A DNA stretch of 64,000 nt from the human T2T-CHM13v2.0 reference genome, Homo sapiens. The stretch is from NCBI RefSeq assembly GCF_009914755.1, contig NC_060931.1, one strand, 5' to 3'. The position numbers were made by a program, and so were the translations under genes. Positions 24,098-36,475 of this stretch are shown one piece after another. Under the pieces are notes generated by a model. It made no database searches. It was given only the letters and a program-made list of their open reading frames with translations, and had not been told where the DNA came from. The stretch's first letter is position 1. Every line of letters starts with the position of its first letter.

Positions 24098-27000
24098 GCT
24101 TTCCCTCTGCCAACATGGCGGCCTCAGCAAAAAAGAAGAATAAGAAGGGGAAGACTATCTCCCTAACAGACTTTCTGGCTGAGGATGGGGGTACTGGTGG
24201 AGGAAGCACCTATGTTTCCAAACCAGTCAGCTGGGCTGATGAAACGGATGACCTGGAAGGAGATGTTTCTACAACTTGGCACAGTAACGATGACGATGTG
24301 TACAGGGCGCCTCCAATTGACCGTTCCATCCTTCCCACTGCTCCACGGACTGCTCGGGAACCCAATATCGACCGGAGCCGTCTTCCCAAATCGCCACCCT
24401 ACACTGCTTTTCTAGGAAACCTACCCTATGATGTTACAGAAGAGTCAATTAAGGAATTCTTTCGAGGATTAAATATCAGTGCAGTGCGTTTACCACGTGA
24501 ACCCAGCAATCCAGAGAGGCTGAAAGGTTTTGGTTATGCTGAATTTGAGGACCTGGATTCCCTGCTCAGTGCCCTGAGTCTCAATGAAGAGTCTCTAAGT
24601 AACAGGAGAATTCGAGTGGACGTTGCTGATCAAGCACAGGATAAAGACAGGGATGATCCTCCTTTTGGCCGTGATAGAAATCGGGATTCTGACAAAACAG
24701 ATACAGACTGGAGGGCTCGTCCTGCTACAGACACCTTTGATGACTACCCACCTAGAAGAGGTGATGATAGCTTTGGAGACAAGTATCGAGATCGTTATGA
24801 TTCAGACCGGTATCGGGATGGGTATCGGGATGGCCCACGCCGGGATATGGATCGATATGGTGGCCGGGATCGCTATGATGACCGAGGCAGCAGAGACTAT
24901 GATAGAGGCTATGATTCCCGGATAGGCAGTGGCAGAAGAGCATTTGGCAGTGGGTATCGCAGGGATGATGACTACAGAGAAGGCAGGGACTGCTATGAAG
25001 ACCAATATGACAGACGGGATGATCGGTCGTGGAGCTCCAGAGATGATTACTCTCGGGATGATTATAGGCGTGATGATAGAGGTCCCCCCCCCCCCAAAGA
25101 CCCAAACTGAATCTAAAGCCTCGGAGTACTCCTAAGGAAGATGATTCCTCTGCTAGTAACTCCCAGTCCACTCGAGCTGCTTCTATCTTTGGAGGGGCAA
25201 AGCCTGTTGACACAGCTGCTAGAGAAAGAGAAGTAGAAGAACGGCTACGAAGGAACAAGAGAAGTTGCAGCGTCAGCTGGATGGGCCAAAACTAGAACGA
25301 CGGCCTCGGGAGAGACACCCAAGCTGGCAAAGTGAAGAAACTCAGGAACGGGAACGGTCGAGGACAGGAAGTGAGTCATCACAGACTGGGACCTCCACCA
25401 CATCTGGCAGAAATGCATGAAGGAGAGAGAGTGAGAAGTCTCTAGAAAATGAAACACTCAATAAGGAGGAAGATTGCCACTCTCCAACTTCTAAAACTCC
25501 CAAACCTGATCAGCCCCTAAAGGTAATGCCAGCCCCTCCACCAAAGGAGAATGCTTGGGTGAAGCGAAGTTCTAACCCTCCTGCTCGATCTCAGAGCTCA
25601 GACACAGAGCAGCAATCCCCTACAAGTGGTGGGGGAAAAGTAGCTCCAGCTCAACCATCTGAGGAAGGACCAGGAAGGAAAGATGAAAATAAAGTAGATG
25701 GGATGAATGTCCCAAAAGGCCAAACTGGGAACTCTAGCCGTGGTCCAGGAGACTGAGGGAACAGAGACCACTGGAAGGAGTCAGATAGGAAAGATGGCAA
25801 AAAGGATCAAGACTCCAGATCTGCACCTGAGCCAAAGAAACCTGAGGAAAATCCAGCTTCCAAGTTCAGTTCTGCAAGCAAGTATGCTGCTCTCTCTGTT
25901 GATGGTGAAGATGAAAATGAGGGAGAAGATTATGCCAAATAGACCTCTACATCCTGTGCTTTTCTCCTAGTTTCTCTCCACCCTGGAACATTCGAGAGCA
26001 AATCAAAACCTCTATCCAGACAAGACAAAATAAAACTCACCATCTCCTGAAGACCTTTCTTACCTTTTTTTTAAAACAAAAAATGAAATTATTTTGCATG
26101 CTGCTGCAGCCTTTAAAGTATTGAAGTAACTGGAGAATTGCCAATACAGCCAGAGAGAAAGGGACTACAGCTTTTTAGAGAAGTTGTGGTGCGTTATGTC
26201 ACCATGCAGTTGCCAGTGTGATTAGTGCCTAGGGGTCTCCATTTAGCAGAAATGGTAATGACAGTGATATAACGCCTGGAACCTGGTTGGGCAGTAGGGG
26301 AGGGAGGTAGAAGGAAAAGTGTGAGATTTCTACCTTTTAGTTTTTTTCCTATTGTGGCATATATGAATTCTCAAACATTATCTGAATAAATTTTCCATTC
26401 TTGGAAAGGTAGATTTAGCCTCAAGTTGTTTTAGTCTCCAGGAGGCTGCCAGCCCCTCCTCTTATTTAATTCTGAGTTTTGGGGGCCAGCCTAGAGGGAA
26501 TTCCTTTTTTTTTTTTTTTTTACCCCCAAGGGGGTTAGTTGGGAGTGAGACTATAGGCCATAAAGAATGGGACTCATTGGACCAAAATAAATGGGAAAAT
26601 CGTGGTTTGAAAGGAAGCTTTTGGGAATTGATGAGTCATTTTGCACCAGGTAATAGGGGAAAATTGTGTGACCTCCAGCAAACACATGAATGGTTATTTC
26701 CTGGAGCCGGAAGCACTTGGGGGTCGTGGTAATTCCCAATGTTTTCTGTGTCCTAGTTTTACCCTTTCTAAACACTGTCCTTTTTGAAAGTTTGAATATA
26801 TCCACATTCTATTGAAACCTTGAAACTAAAAATTTAGACTCTTATCGTCATCTTAAGTTCTTCATGCTACTCTTAACCTCCCAAAAAGCAGTATCTAAGT
26901 CACATACATGATGTCTTGGGCATTTTCTCTCTCAGCCATGGAGAACTCTGAAAGGAAGAATCGCTGCTTTTCTCAAGCAAATCGGTTTCTTGATATCTTC

Positions 27001-27954
27001 TGGTTCTCACTCCTTGCCTGCTCCTGATGCTTTGACCCCTTTTATTGATCAGAGTGCTCTAGAATAATGGATGGTCTTGGATGGTGGATAAATAGGGACA
27101 GGGACAGTTAAATTGGGAGCCTTTCTTACAACCTTGATGGGTTTTTTTCCCCCCAAGTTTCCTTCTCCACTGAAATGCCACACTAATGTTTGTTGGATTC
27201 ATGAGGTGGCCAGACCAATGTGTTTTGTTTTGTTTTTTTTTTTTTAAGCTTCCCTTGAGAGAATAAACGGAAATGGAGAGAACTATTTAACAAGGTCCTG
27301 GTTTCTCTTGCAACACAGTAGCTAAACTTGCCTGCCTTTATATGCATTTTTGTAGGGATCAGCTTGGTAGACAGTATTAGCAGAGAAACACCTTGATCTT
27401 GGTTTGCAAGCCCTTCTGCCATCAGTCCTAGATTAGGCCCTGTTCAGCCATGCAGGGGTGTTGGTTTATGCGTGCTGCAGCAGTGGGCATAATGAATATA
27501 ATTTACCCAGTGGACAAAGGTGTGTACCAAGTGAATTTAAATAATTGGTGTGGATTGGCCAGTAGCTAAGAAGTGGGCTTTTAAAGAGTATTGAAGATTG
27601 AAAGGTGTTTTTTTTCTTTTTTAAAAAAGAAAAAAAAACTATTGATTGTAGATAATGAAAAGCTAGGGTTTGCCCTCTTCATGTCTACTCTCCTTCCAAA
27701 TAGTTATATCCAAAACTGTTTTTCCCTGTCCCCTACCTTGTCCCCCCCATTAAAATAGAAACAGGGATTGATTAATGTCCCGCTCCTGAATACATGTAAA
27801 ATTTGTACAAAAATATCTTCTATGAAAATGATTTGTAATCTGTAGACTTATTACCTGGGAGATGTCTTGATGTAAAATCCCATCCTTTGGGTTGTGGGTT
27901 TTTTGTTTTCTCCAAATAAATCTGATCTTTAAAGTTCAAAAAAAAAAAAAAAAG
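24098..27954 (+). pseudogene. EIF4B: Processed pseudogene of eukaryotic translation initiation factor 4B; which numbered EIF4BP copy is not determined
   Basis: Intronless copy: short 5'UTR, ATG 24115 (MAASAKKKNKKGKTISL, RRM, DRYG repeats), ancestral stop 25940-25942, ~2-kb 3'UTR, AATAAA 27915-27920, poly(A) 27938-27953, 18-bp TSD aaagaaatacaaggaaaa (24080-24097, 27955-27972). Lesions: C12 run at 25084-25095, 1-bp loss near 25248, TGA stops at 25418 and 25754. Confidence 0.97.
24115..25110 (+). CDS. Residual open frame of the EIF4B retrocopy (331 aa: N-terminus, RRM, DRYG domain); expression unknown
   Basis: Uninterrupted ORF, good Kozak context (ccaacATGG), RNP2 AFLGNL and RNP1 KGFGYAEF intact; ends by frameshift at the poly-C run. 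Confidence 0.25.
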   Translation: MAASAKKKNKKGKTISLTDFLAEDGGTGGGSTYVSKPVSWADETDDLEGDVSTTWHSNDDDVYRAPPIDRSILPTAPRTAREPNIDRSRLPKSPPYTAFLGNLPYDVTEESIKEFFRGLNISAVRLPREPSNPERLKGFGYAEFEDLDSLLSALSLNEESLSNRRIRVDVADQAQDKDRDDPPFGRDRNRDSDKTDTDWRARPATDTFDDYPPRRGDDSFGDKYRDRYDSDRYRDGYRDGPRRDMDRYGGRDRYDDRGSRDYDRGYDSRIGSGRRAFGSGYRRDDDYREGRDCYEDQYDRRDDRSWSSRDDYSRDDYRRDDRGPPPPKDPN

Positions 27955-28004
27955 AAAGAAATACAAGGAAAAAATACAGACTTTTCCACTATAAGATCAT
28001 ATAG

Positions 28005-28130
28005 TGATATCACATTCTGGCTCCAATACTAACTATTTGTGTGAACTTGGACAAATTATTTAACCCCTTTCAGCCTCAATTTTCTCATCTGTAAAAAAAT
28101 AAATAATAATCCCTATTTATTCAGGACCTT
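28005..28130 (+). mobile_element. MIR fragment
   Basis: 'tgtgaacttggacaaattatttaacccctttcagcctcaattttctcatctgtaaaa'. Confidence 0.7.
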
Positions 28131-28422
28131 CTAGGCGCTGAGTATTGAAACAGTTACTTTCCATTCATTATTTGATATATTCCTAACAACCCAGCAAGGT
28201 ATTACTCTACCCATTTTATAATTTAGTTGGAAAATTGGAGTTTGAATTTCTCTTACTCTGCTAATATCAATGTCCCTATTTCTTTTGAAAGAATTATTCT
28301 TTCCTTCCATTACTTCTATAGATTATGATGAGAGTACTAAAGAGCTGTGGATGCAAGCAAGTAGGAGAAGGTTTATTCTTTTGAATACCTTTTCTTTTTT
28401 CCTTCTTCAAAACTTTAACTTC

Positions 28423-28425
<3 letters not shown>

Positions 28426-28457
<32 letters not shown>
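28426..28457. repeat. (GT)16 microsatellite
   Basis: Pure dinucleotide run. Confidence 0.95.
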
Positions 28458-28461
<4 letters not shown>

Positions 28462-28719
28462 AATGGTTGCTTATGTAAATTTTCTGTGTAGTAGGGTGTA
28501 TGCAGGGCTGACATTCAGCCAACCAGTAAGACACAGGATGAGCCAAACTAGTGGGTCAGTGGCTTGGTTTTTCCTGGCTGCATCCCTTTTGACTCATCAG
28601 TACCGTGCTTACTGAGATGTGAAATATTTTTAATATCAACCCAGGATAAATTATAGGGGTTCACACACCCCCTTTCTCCTCATTACACTACCACCTGGTT
28701 TTATAGTCTTTCTGATGGT

Positions 28720-28850
28720 AGGTTTCCCCTTTTGGGAACTTCTTGAGGTCAGAGTCTATATCCTAGTTCATCTTGGTGTTCTCAGTTCCTCGCACAGTGA
28801 ATGTATTGAATAAATGCTGGAATGAATGCGTAAGTGAGTAAGGAGTGAAT
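28720..28850 (+). mobile_element. L2 3' end
   Basis: 'cttcttgaggtcagagtctatatcctagttcatctt...' followed by a (tgaa)-like tail. Confidence 0.55.
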
Positions 28851-30648
28851 GATATGAAACCAAGCATGAGATAAATGAATAATCTCAGCGGCTAAAAAGT
28901 GGCAAAGCCAGCCCTGACTCCTTTCCTGTGTCTTATACAGTCGATGAGGGAATTAGCATCATAAGATCATGGATATGCCCAACACTTAGCGGGGACTGAC
29001 ATGTGTGTTTCTTCTCCTTCTCTATCCGAGTATAATGAGGTATCTCAGCCCTGAACCTTTATTTTTGAATCACAACTTAATCTAGCCTTGGCATTTGTGG
29101 ACTCAGGAGTTCACCTTCCCAGTTCATCCTGAACCCTTGTAGAGTTCCTGCTGTTTTCCTTCACCTGCATCTACCTTCCACCCCCGCCATTTTGGTCGAT
29201 CCCCAGGAATGGCTTCATGTTGCTGCCATGCTCTTGAAAGCAAATGAATGCTCGGGGTTTCTGCTTTTTTTTTTCTCCACTCAATCACTAAAGGAAAAAT
29301 ATGTGGTCATTTCTCAGATGACTCTCTCAATACTGGTTTTTCTTTCTAATCTGAATGAAATAATGCCCCCCCTTTTCACTTACCCTTTAATGTTTATCCT
29401 TTGCAGCTATAGCTCACTTACTGGTTAATTTACATTTATGTACAAATCCCATTATGACATCCAGCAGACCCCTGCAGGGTTACAGCCTCCTCCTTCATGT
29501 AGGCTTTATAGTTTTTAATGGCTTGGAATGACTTGAAATCCAAACTAAATCAGAATTTGATTTTTTAAAACACTCATGCAAAGTACGAAAAGAGTTTATA
29601 CACAGGTACAGGGTAACTGAGCCACATAGAGTATGAAGTTCTTGGGAAACACTAATCGTTTTGTTGGTTTGCCTTACAAAGTTCCAAAAATAGACTATTA
29701 AATACTAAATAGTTCGCTTTTATCTATACTGTATGTTCTCGTCTAACACTTTTTGGAAGATCACTGATTTTATCTAATCTTATCATTATAATGGCTAGTG
29801 CATGATCAGAGATCTTGGTATTCAAAGGCAACACGAAGGAAACTTCTGGCTGGTAGTTACTGTCTTTGCACTTTTTGCATGGACTACATGAAATCTGACC
29901 TCAAATGGAGCCAAATGTGATGCTTTCTGATATTGTCCAAAAGCAGTGTGCATTAGACTGGGGATGGGGAAGCTTTGTTTCTCTTTGGGCAAATAGGCAT
30001 GCAAGTATGGAACAATGAGACATCAGTTCAGAAGAGAGTTTGATGAAGGGCAAATTTGCCTGCTAGAGACTGTGAGTTTAGAAACATTGCCCATGGGATC
30101 TGATGGGTTGAAGTCAGAGCATCCTCAATTAGTGGCAAGAGCTCAGAACTGAATTAGAACAATAAAGACAGATATTTCTGTTTTGAAGTTAGAGTCTTAG
30201 TTAAACCTTAGAACAAGATAAAAGCACCTTTAACCACTCTGTTGGAAATGTATCTATGTGATTCTTAATGCTCATCTGCATAGTTCATCAAATGATACTG
30301 CTTGACCCATTTAAGAAGGGAAGAAACTGGGTGCTGGAAAGAATGTTCAGACCCTTGGTGAAAAGAGACCAACTGGACATGTTCAGTTCTTTTTCCAAGA
30401 CTTTTCCAGGATCAGCTGAGAGGCAGGCAAGCCCCAGTAGCAAAGATTTGCTGCATGATTTTTTTTTTTTTTTGCTTTGTGCATGATTAGGAAAAACTCA
30501 GAATACATGTTCTTCATAATTTCAGTACAAGCCATGTGCTCTAGACACTGATTTCTTCATCCTCCTCTGGTCAGTTCTCACATACCACACAGTCTTACTG
30601 TCAATCACACCATATAGCAAAAGAGATCCCAAGTGGATTTAAAAGTAA

Positions 30649-31033
<385 letters not shown>

Positions 31034-31305
31034 GGGAAAGGGACTTTCTAAGGCATAAAAGTTATGGAATAAACTATGGGAGAAAAAAGATTGACATACT
31101 TTATATGAAACTGTAGTATTTCTATACTTCAGGGAACATCATAATACAATTTTAATGCAAACCAAAATTAGAAGAAAATATTTCCAACAAAGAGTAAACA
31201 TATCCAAAATATAAATCATGCATAAATCAATAAGAGAAACACTAAAAACTCAAGAGCAAAAGATATAGAAGATCTGAGAAATTCACAAGAAAAGAAATAC
31301 AGAAG

Positions 31306-32475
31306 TATTCATTCAACTATGCTGTAGGGTACTATTCTAGGTAGTGAAATATGGAGGTAGAGACTGAGTTCTTACCTTCATGGAGAAAACGTTTTGATGC
31401 GAAAAACTAGACAATAAGCAAATTCTTAAAGTAAGTAAATGTATGTGTCAGGTGGCGATAAATACTTTGGAGAAAAATAAAGCAGAGTGGGAAGGAATCT
31501 CCACGGTGGGAGGCAGTATACTTCTAAGAAGGTAACATCTGAGCAGAGGGAAGAGGTGGTACTCACCAAGGAGACATCTAAGAGAAGTGTTTTCTAAAAG
31601 AAGAAACAGCAGGTGCAAATGCCTTTAGGCAGAGAGTACTGAGTGTCTGCAAAATAGGAGCCACCAGAGAGGCTGGAGCAGAGTGGGCAGAGGGGAGAGT
31701 AGTGGCAGTGAGGTCAGAAAAGCAGCAGGTGGGAGCAGCTCATGCAGGACTTCCTTTGGCCTTCGCTCTACTCCTTCCCTGCCACTCCTTTGGACTTGCT
31801 CCAAGTAAGAAGTCAAGCCCCTGAAAGTCTTGAGGAGAAGAGTGGAATAATGTGGCTTAATACGTAAAAGGATCATCATTCTGCTTGCTATGTGGAAAAG
31901 GGGTGCAGGGAACAAAGGCTAAAAGCAGATAAAGCAATTAGGAGTCAGTTGCAACAATCCAGGTGGGATATCATAGCAACTTCCATTAGGGTGATAACAG
32001 AGGAGGTAAAGAGAAATAATCACATTTTGAGTTGATTTTGAAGGCAGAGTAAACAGGTATTGCTGAAGAATCAAATGTGGGGCACGAGACAGACACCTGG
32101 GTTTTTCTCAAATGACACCTGGGTTTTTTGACCTGAGAAGCTAGAAAGACGGATCAATTATTTTCAGGATGGAAGACTGTGAGAACAACTGGTTTGGGAG
32201 GAAAATCAGGACTTCCCTTTTTAGATATATTACATTTGAGTTGTCCCTCCAAAACTGCTGGATGCAAGCATTTAGAGATGAGGGCAAAGGGCAGATCTAC
32301 AGATAGACATCAGGAAGCCCTCAGCATAGGGATGTTTTTTAAAGCCTGGGACCAGATGAGATGATCTTTGGCTAGGTGTTAAATTGGTAGAGAAAAATTG
32401 TCAGAGGCTGAGCCTGGGGCTCTCCAACCTTTAGAGTCCAATTAATGAGGAGGAGCAGCAAAGAAGACTGAGAAG
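31306..32475 (-). mobile_element. L2a-like LINE fragment
   Basis: Starts tattcattcaa (reverse L2 tail); 'aaaggatcatcattctgcttgctatgtggaaaa', 'gttgcaacaatccaggtggga', 'attttgaaggcagagtaaacagg'. Confidence 0.8.
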
Positions 32476-33461
32476 TATAGAAGAGTAATTTATGTAGTCA
32501 GATATGTCACATTTTTGCTTCATGATTTGCTCCATTGCTTTTATGCTCACCTAGCTATTGATGCTTATAAAATATTCTCCATTTCTAAGGACACTGCATA
32601 TTAAATCTAAAGGCAAAACCAAGATCAGGTTTAAACAGAGGACTAATATCCCTGGCATAGAAATAACTTAAAAATCTTTAAGAGAAACACTAACACATCA
32701 ATAGAGGCCTATACATATGAACAAGTATGAAGTCAGGAAATTGTAAGCTCTATGTTTATCATCTTTTTACTTTAAAAAAAATTCATCTTTGACTTCCAAA
32801 GGAGTAAAACACATAATTTCTTAAGCATACAATCAGATGTAAAAGCAAAGATATAATGAAAAGTCTCATCCATAAACTTCCCATGTGATGTGTTTATGAT
32901 GCATGTATTCTTTTTTGGTAGATAATATTTTATCAGGCATACCTGGTCTTTTTCAGAATCATCTGACAAGCATATTGGACGATGCAAACCATCTTAGAAA
33001 TAGCACTGGTAAATACTTAGAAATGTTTAGCCTCAGTCATAAATAAATAACATCAAAATGGCAAATAATGCGATTTTTAAATTCCAGAGTTGACTAGGAG
33101 ATGTAAAAATGGTCTTTCTGAAACAATGCTGGTAAGTTTGTAAAGTGGTACACATTTTCTGGAGGACAGTGTGTCCTATTTGTATCAAAAGCCTGAAAAC
33201 TGGCTCACTCTGACTCAGCAGTCAAATTCTGCTTTGATTGGAAATTCTGATTCTAGAGGTGTAATCAAAGGAAACAGTCATTGGTGAGGGCAGATTCAAC
33301 TACAAAGATGTTTACAAACATCCACGTATGAGGTGGTAAAAAGCTGGGAACAACATAAACAATACAGAATTGGCTAAACAAACTATAGCATGTCCATATG
33401 ATAGAATAACATGCAGCAATTAAAAACAATGTCATATAAGTAATAACAGAAAAATAACCTC

Positions 33462-33757
33462 AGCCAGACACACTGGCTCATGCCTGTAATCTCAGCACTT
33501 TGGGAGGCCAAGACAGGAGGATATTTTGAGGCCAGGAGTTCAAGACCAGCCTGGGCAACACAGTGAGATCTACATCTCTACAAAATATTTTAAAATTAGC
33601 TGGGTGTGGTGGCATGTGCCTACAGCCCCAACACATTTGGAGGCTGAGGTAGGAGGATCATTTGAGCCTCGGAGTTCAAGGCTACAGCAGGCTATGATCA
33701 TACCACTGTACTCCAGCAGGACCCAGTCTTCTTAAAAAAAAAAAAAAGGAAGAAAAA
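33462..33757 (+). mobile_element. AluJ
   Basis: J-type 'gaggccaggagttcaagaccagcctgggcaaca' and 'ggagttcaaggct..gctatgatc'; A-tail. Confidence 0.9.
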
Positions 33758-34013
33758 GAAAAATGATCCCTATATAGTGAAACTATATGGGCTATTTCTG
33801 TTTGCATATGCCTAGAAAATAGACTGGAAGGAAATCAACCAATATGTTATGTTCATCTCTGGGTAGTCACAGATGAATTATTTTAATTCTATTGGATTTA
33901 CCTGTTCCAAATTTTCTACCACATGTTTTTTAATTACATTGGCATGTGGAGCAATTACAGAAGAAGAAGCTAGGAATTTTCCACAAAGGTAACACAGAAG
34001 CAACATTCTAGGG

Positions 34014-34319
34014 CAGTCCTGTCCACTGGAACTTTCTGCAATGATGGAAGTGTTCCGTATCTATGCTGTCCAGTTCAGTAGCCACATGTGGCTATCAAAC
34101 ACTTGCAACATAGTTAGTACAACTGAGGAACTGATATTTTTAATGAGTAAGCACAAAAATTTCCTTTATCTTTGCAGATTAGCATGTGTTCCCATGACTG
34201 TTCATAAAAGAAATTTAATAAACACTGTTCCTCCTACATGGGGAAACTGAGTTTTAATTTTCATTGAGTTAAATTTACGGAACCACGTGCAGAAATGGCT
34301 ACTGTGTTGGACAGTGCAG
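34014..34319. mobile_element. MER3 hAT element with a ~110-bp interruption
   Basis: 'ctgtccactggaactttctgcaatgatggaa', internal palindrome agccacatgtggct, end 'tggctactgtgttggacagtgcag'. Confidence 0.75.
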
Positions 34320-35083
34320 TCTGTGGCAGATAGGCCTGGAACATAGAGGAAGAGTCACCAGACCTTGTTTGATGCAAGAACTCTGGATTACACAAGATCT
34401 GAGACAATCAGCCCCACTGAATTTAGGATCCTCAGCATTTTCCTAGGAGTTTATTTCCAAACTTCAGCGCGAGAATTCATACATGCATATAATTTAGGTG
34501 TATTACAGTAGATTAACTGTAAGATAAACTGTGTCAAGTTCTCATTTCATAGTGTAGGGTTTTTTTCTCAATTTATATATTTGGTTGTTGTTATAAAGTG
34601 TATAATTGAAGAACTTTTCTGAGCCCTGGTAAAGAGAGAATTCTGGGCAGGTTTAATGCTAGTCTGTATTACAGGCAAGACTCTGACGCCCAGAGTAAAC
34701 AGCACCCCTTACCAAACGTTGCTTTTTAAGTAACTTTATTTCTGTCTGCATTTGTTGAACATTAGCATTACATATTTCAAAAACAACCCCAAGGTGACCA
34801 CTTAAAAGGAAGAGGGAAAAAATCCTCCTCTTTTCTGGTACCTCGTTTTGTGGCTGATGTTTTAAAAGCTATTTTTTTTCCTGGCCAAACTTGGTGTGTT
34901 TAAAAGCTTCAAAAAGAACCTACTACCTTTTCTTTACTATAAGAAAAGACACAATTCTTAATTCTTTTTAACCAGGATTATTAATTTTATAGCACTTAAG
35001 GTAATGTAACTGTTATACTCTGATGGCAGAATAATGTTTTTAAAATAATGAAATAATGGCAGAAGTATTTAGATATAATTGTA

Positions 35084-35117
35084 TAGCCATAATAAAAAAT
35101 TAGCCATAATAAAAAAT
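35084..35117. repeat. 17-bp perfect tandem duplication
   Basis: tagccataataaaaaat twice. Confidence 0.9.
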
Positions 35118-35361
35118 TTCAATTAAGCTTTCATTACATTGCAATTAACTCTGCATTTGAACACTAACATTAGTGTGGCCATAGGTTTTATTTGTTTCTT
35201 GCTTTTTAAAAACAACATGAAATTCTTTTTCATTTTGTTCACATTCATCTAAGAAGGTTCCTGGAAAATGAAATTAAAATCTAAATAAGTTTTCTAAAAC
35301 TTGTGAGCAGAAAGTAAAAAAGAATATCTTTCAAATTATTATACCTCTTAATTGTGCATTT

Positions 35362-35870
35362 TATTAGTTATTTATTGTTACGTGACAAATTAATCCAAAA
35401 CTTCGCAACTTAAAACATTAGTCACATAATTTCTAAAGGTGAGGAATGCTGGAGCAACTTAGCTGGTAGTTCTAGCTCAAGGTCTCTCATGAGATTGCAG
35501 TCAAGCTGCTGGCCAGGGCTGCAGTCATCTGAGCCTGTAAGTGGAGAATCCACTTCCAATATGGCTGTCGGCAAGAAGCCTCAGCTCCTTACTGGTTGTT
35601 GACAGAAACTGAGACCTCAACTTGTGGCTCTCTCCACATGGCTGCTTGGCTGCCTACATGGCAGTTGGGTTCCCCCAGTATTCATAATCCAAAAGAGAAA
35701 GTCTGAAGCCGCAAAGTCTTTTATGACTCAATCTTGTCATAAAACACCCATACTTCCACCTTGTTCTGTTTATTAGAAGACAGTCACCAAGTCCAGCCCA
35801 TATTCAAGAGGTAGGGAGTTAGGCTCTGCCTCTCAAAGGCTGTATCAAGGAATGTGTGCACATACTTTGT
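35362..35870 (-). mobile_element. MLT1 (F/G/H-like) MaLR solo LTR
   Basis: 'tattagtta...caaaacttcgcaacttaaaaca', 'ggtctctcatgagattgcagtcaag', 'tcaccaagtccagcccatattcaagagg'. Confidence 0.75.
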
Positions 35871-36289
35871 ACCAAAACATGTGTGGAACGCTTTCAGTTG
35901 TTAACTGGCTTGATTGGTCAATGTTTATTTCATTACACTGTAGCCAAATGAAAGAAGGCAAAGCCACAGTTAGAACCTGAATAGAACTTACATTCTGAGA
36001 TTTGAAGCCAAATGACAGATTTTAGACATACTTTTTCCCCTCTTGGAGTTTTGTTAGACCATAATTGTAATTTTGTACCTGACACTTTTTTGCCACTGAG
36101 AATATACCTTTGTGAGATCAAAAGTCAAAAAATGCATGCTACCCTCTGTTTTCCAAGATTTCTACAAGGCTCATTGTAAAATAAGATATCAAAGAAAACT
36201 CAGGTGGTCTCTTCACTCTGAAGGGAAGGGAGCGACACGCATAATAGTGGGTGCTCTGCATTCATTCTATTTGAAATAACTCCTTGCCC

Positions 36290-36475
36290 CTCTGCTTTTC
36301 CCTAACTACATTCTCTCCCTGAGTGATCTCATGCAATTCAACAAGGTTCAAATTTTTATCTCTCACTGAGGCCTCTCCCTGATATTCAGACTTGTATATC
36401 TAGCAACCTGCTCAACATCTGCACTGAGCTGATTAATCAGCTTCTCAAACCTAACATGTTCAAAGCAGACTCTTC
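36290..36475 (+). mobile_element. L2 fragment
   Basis: 'ctctccctgagtgatctcat...cagacttgtatatctagcaacctgctcaacatct...tctcaaacctaacatgttcaaa'. Confidence 0.7.

Noticed and set aside
24185-25970. Alternative-frame and antisense ORFs within the EIF4B copy, and the 76-aa ORF at 25526
   Set aside because: By-products of repetitive coding sequence; the 76-aa frame is a fragment of the broken C-terminus between two stops
24098-27954. Calling this the functional EIF4B gene or a specific numbered EIF4BP locus
   Set aside because: No introns, tail and TSD present, frame broken; several copies exist and I cannot map the flanks without a search
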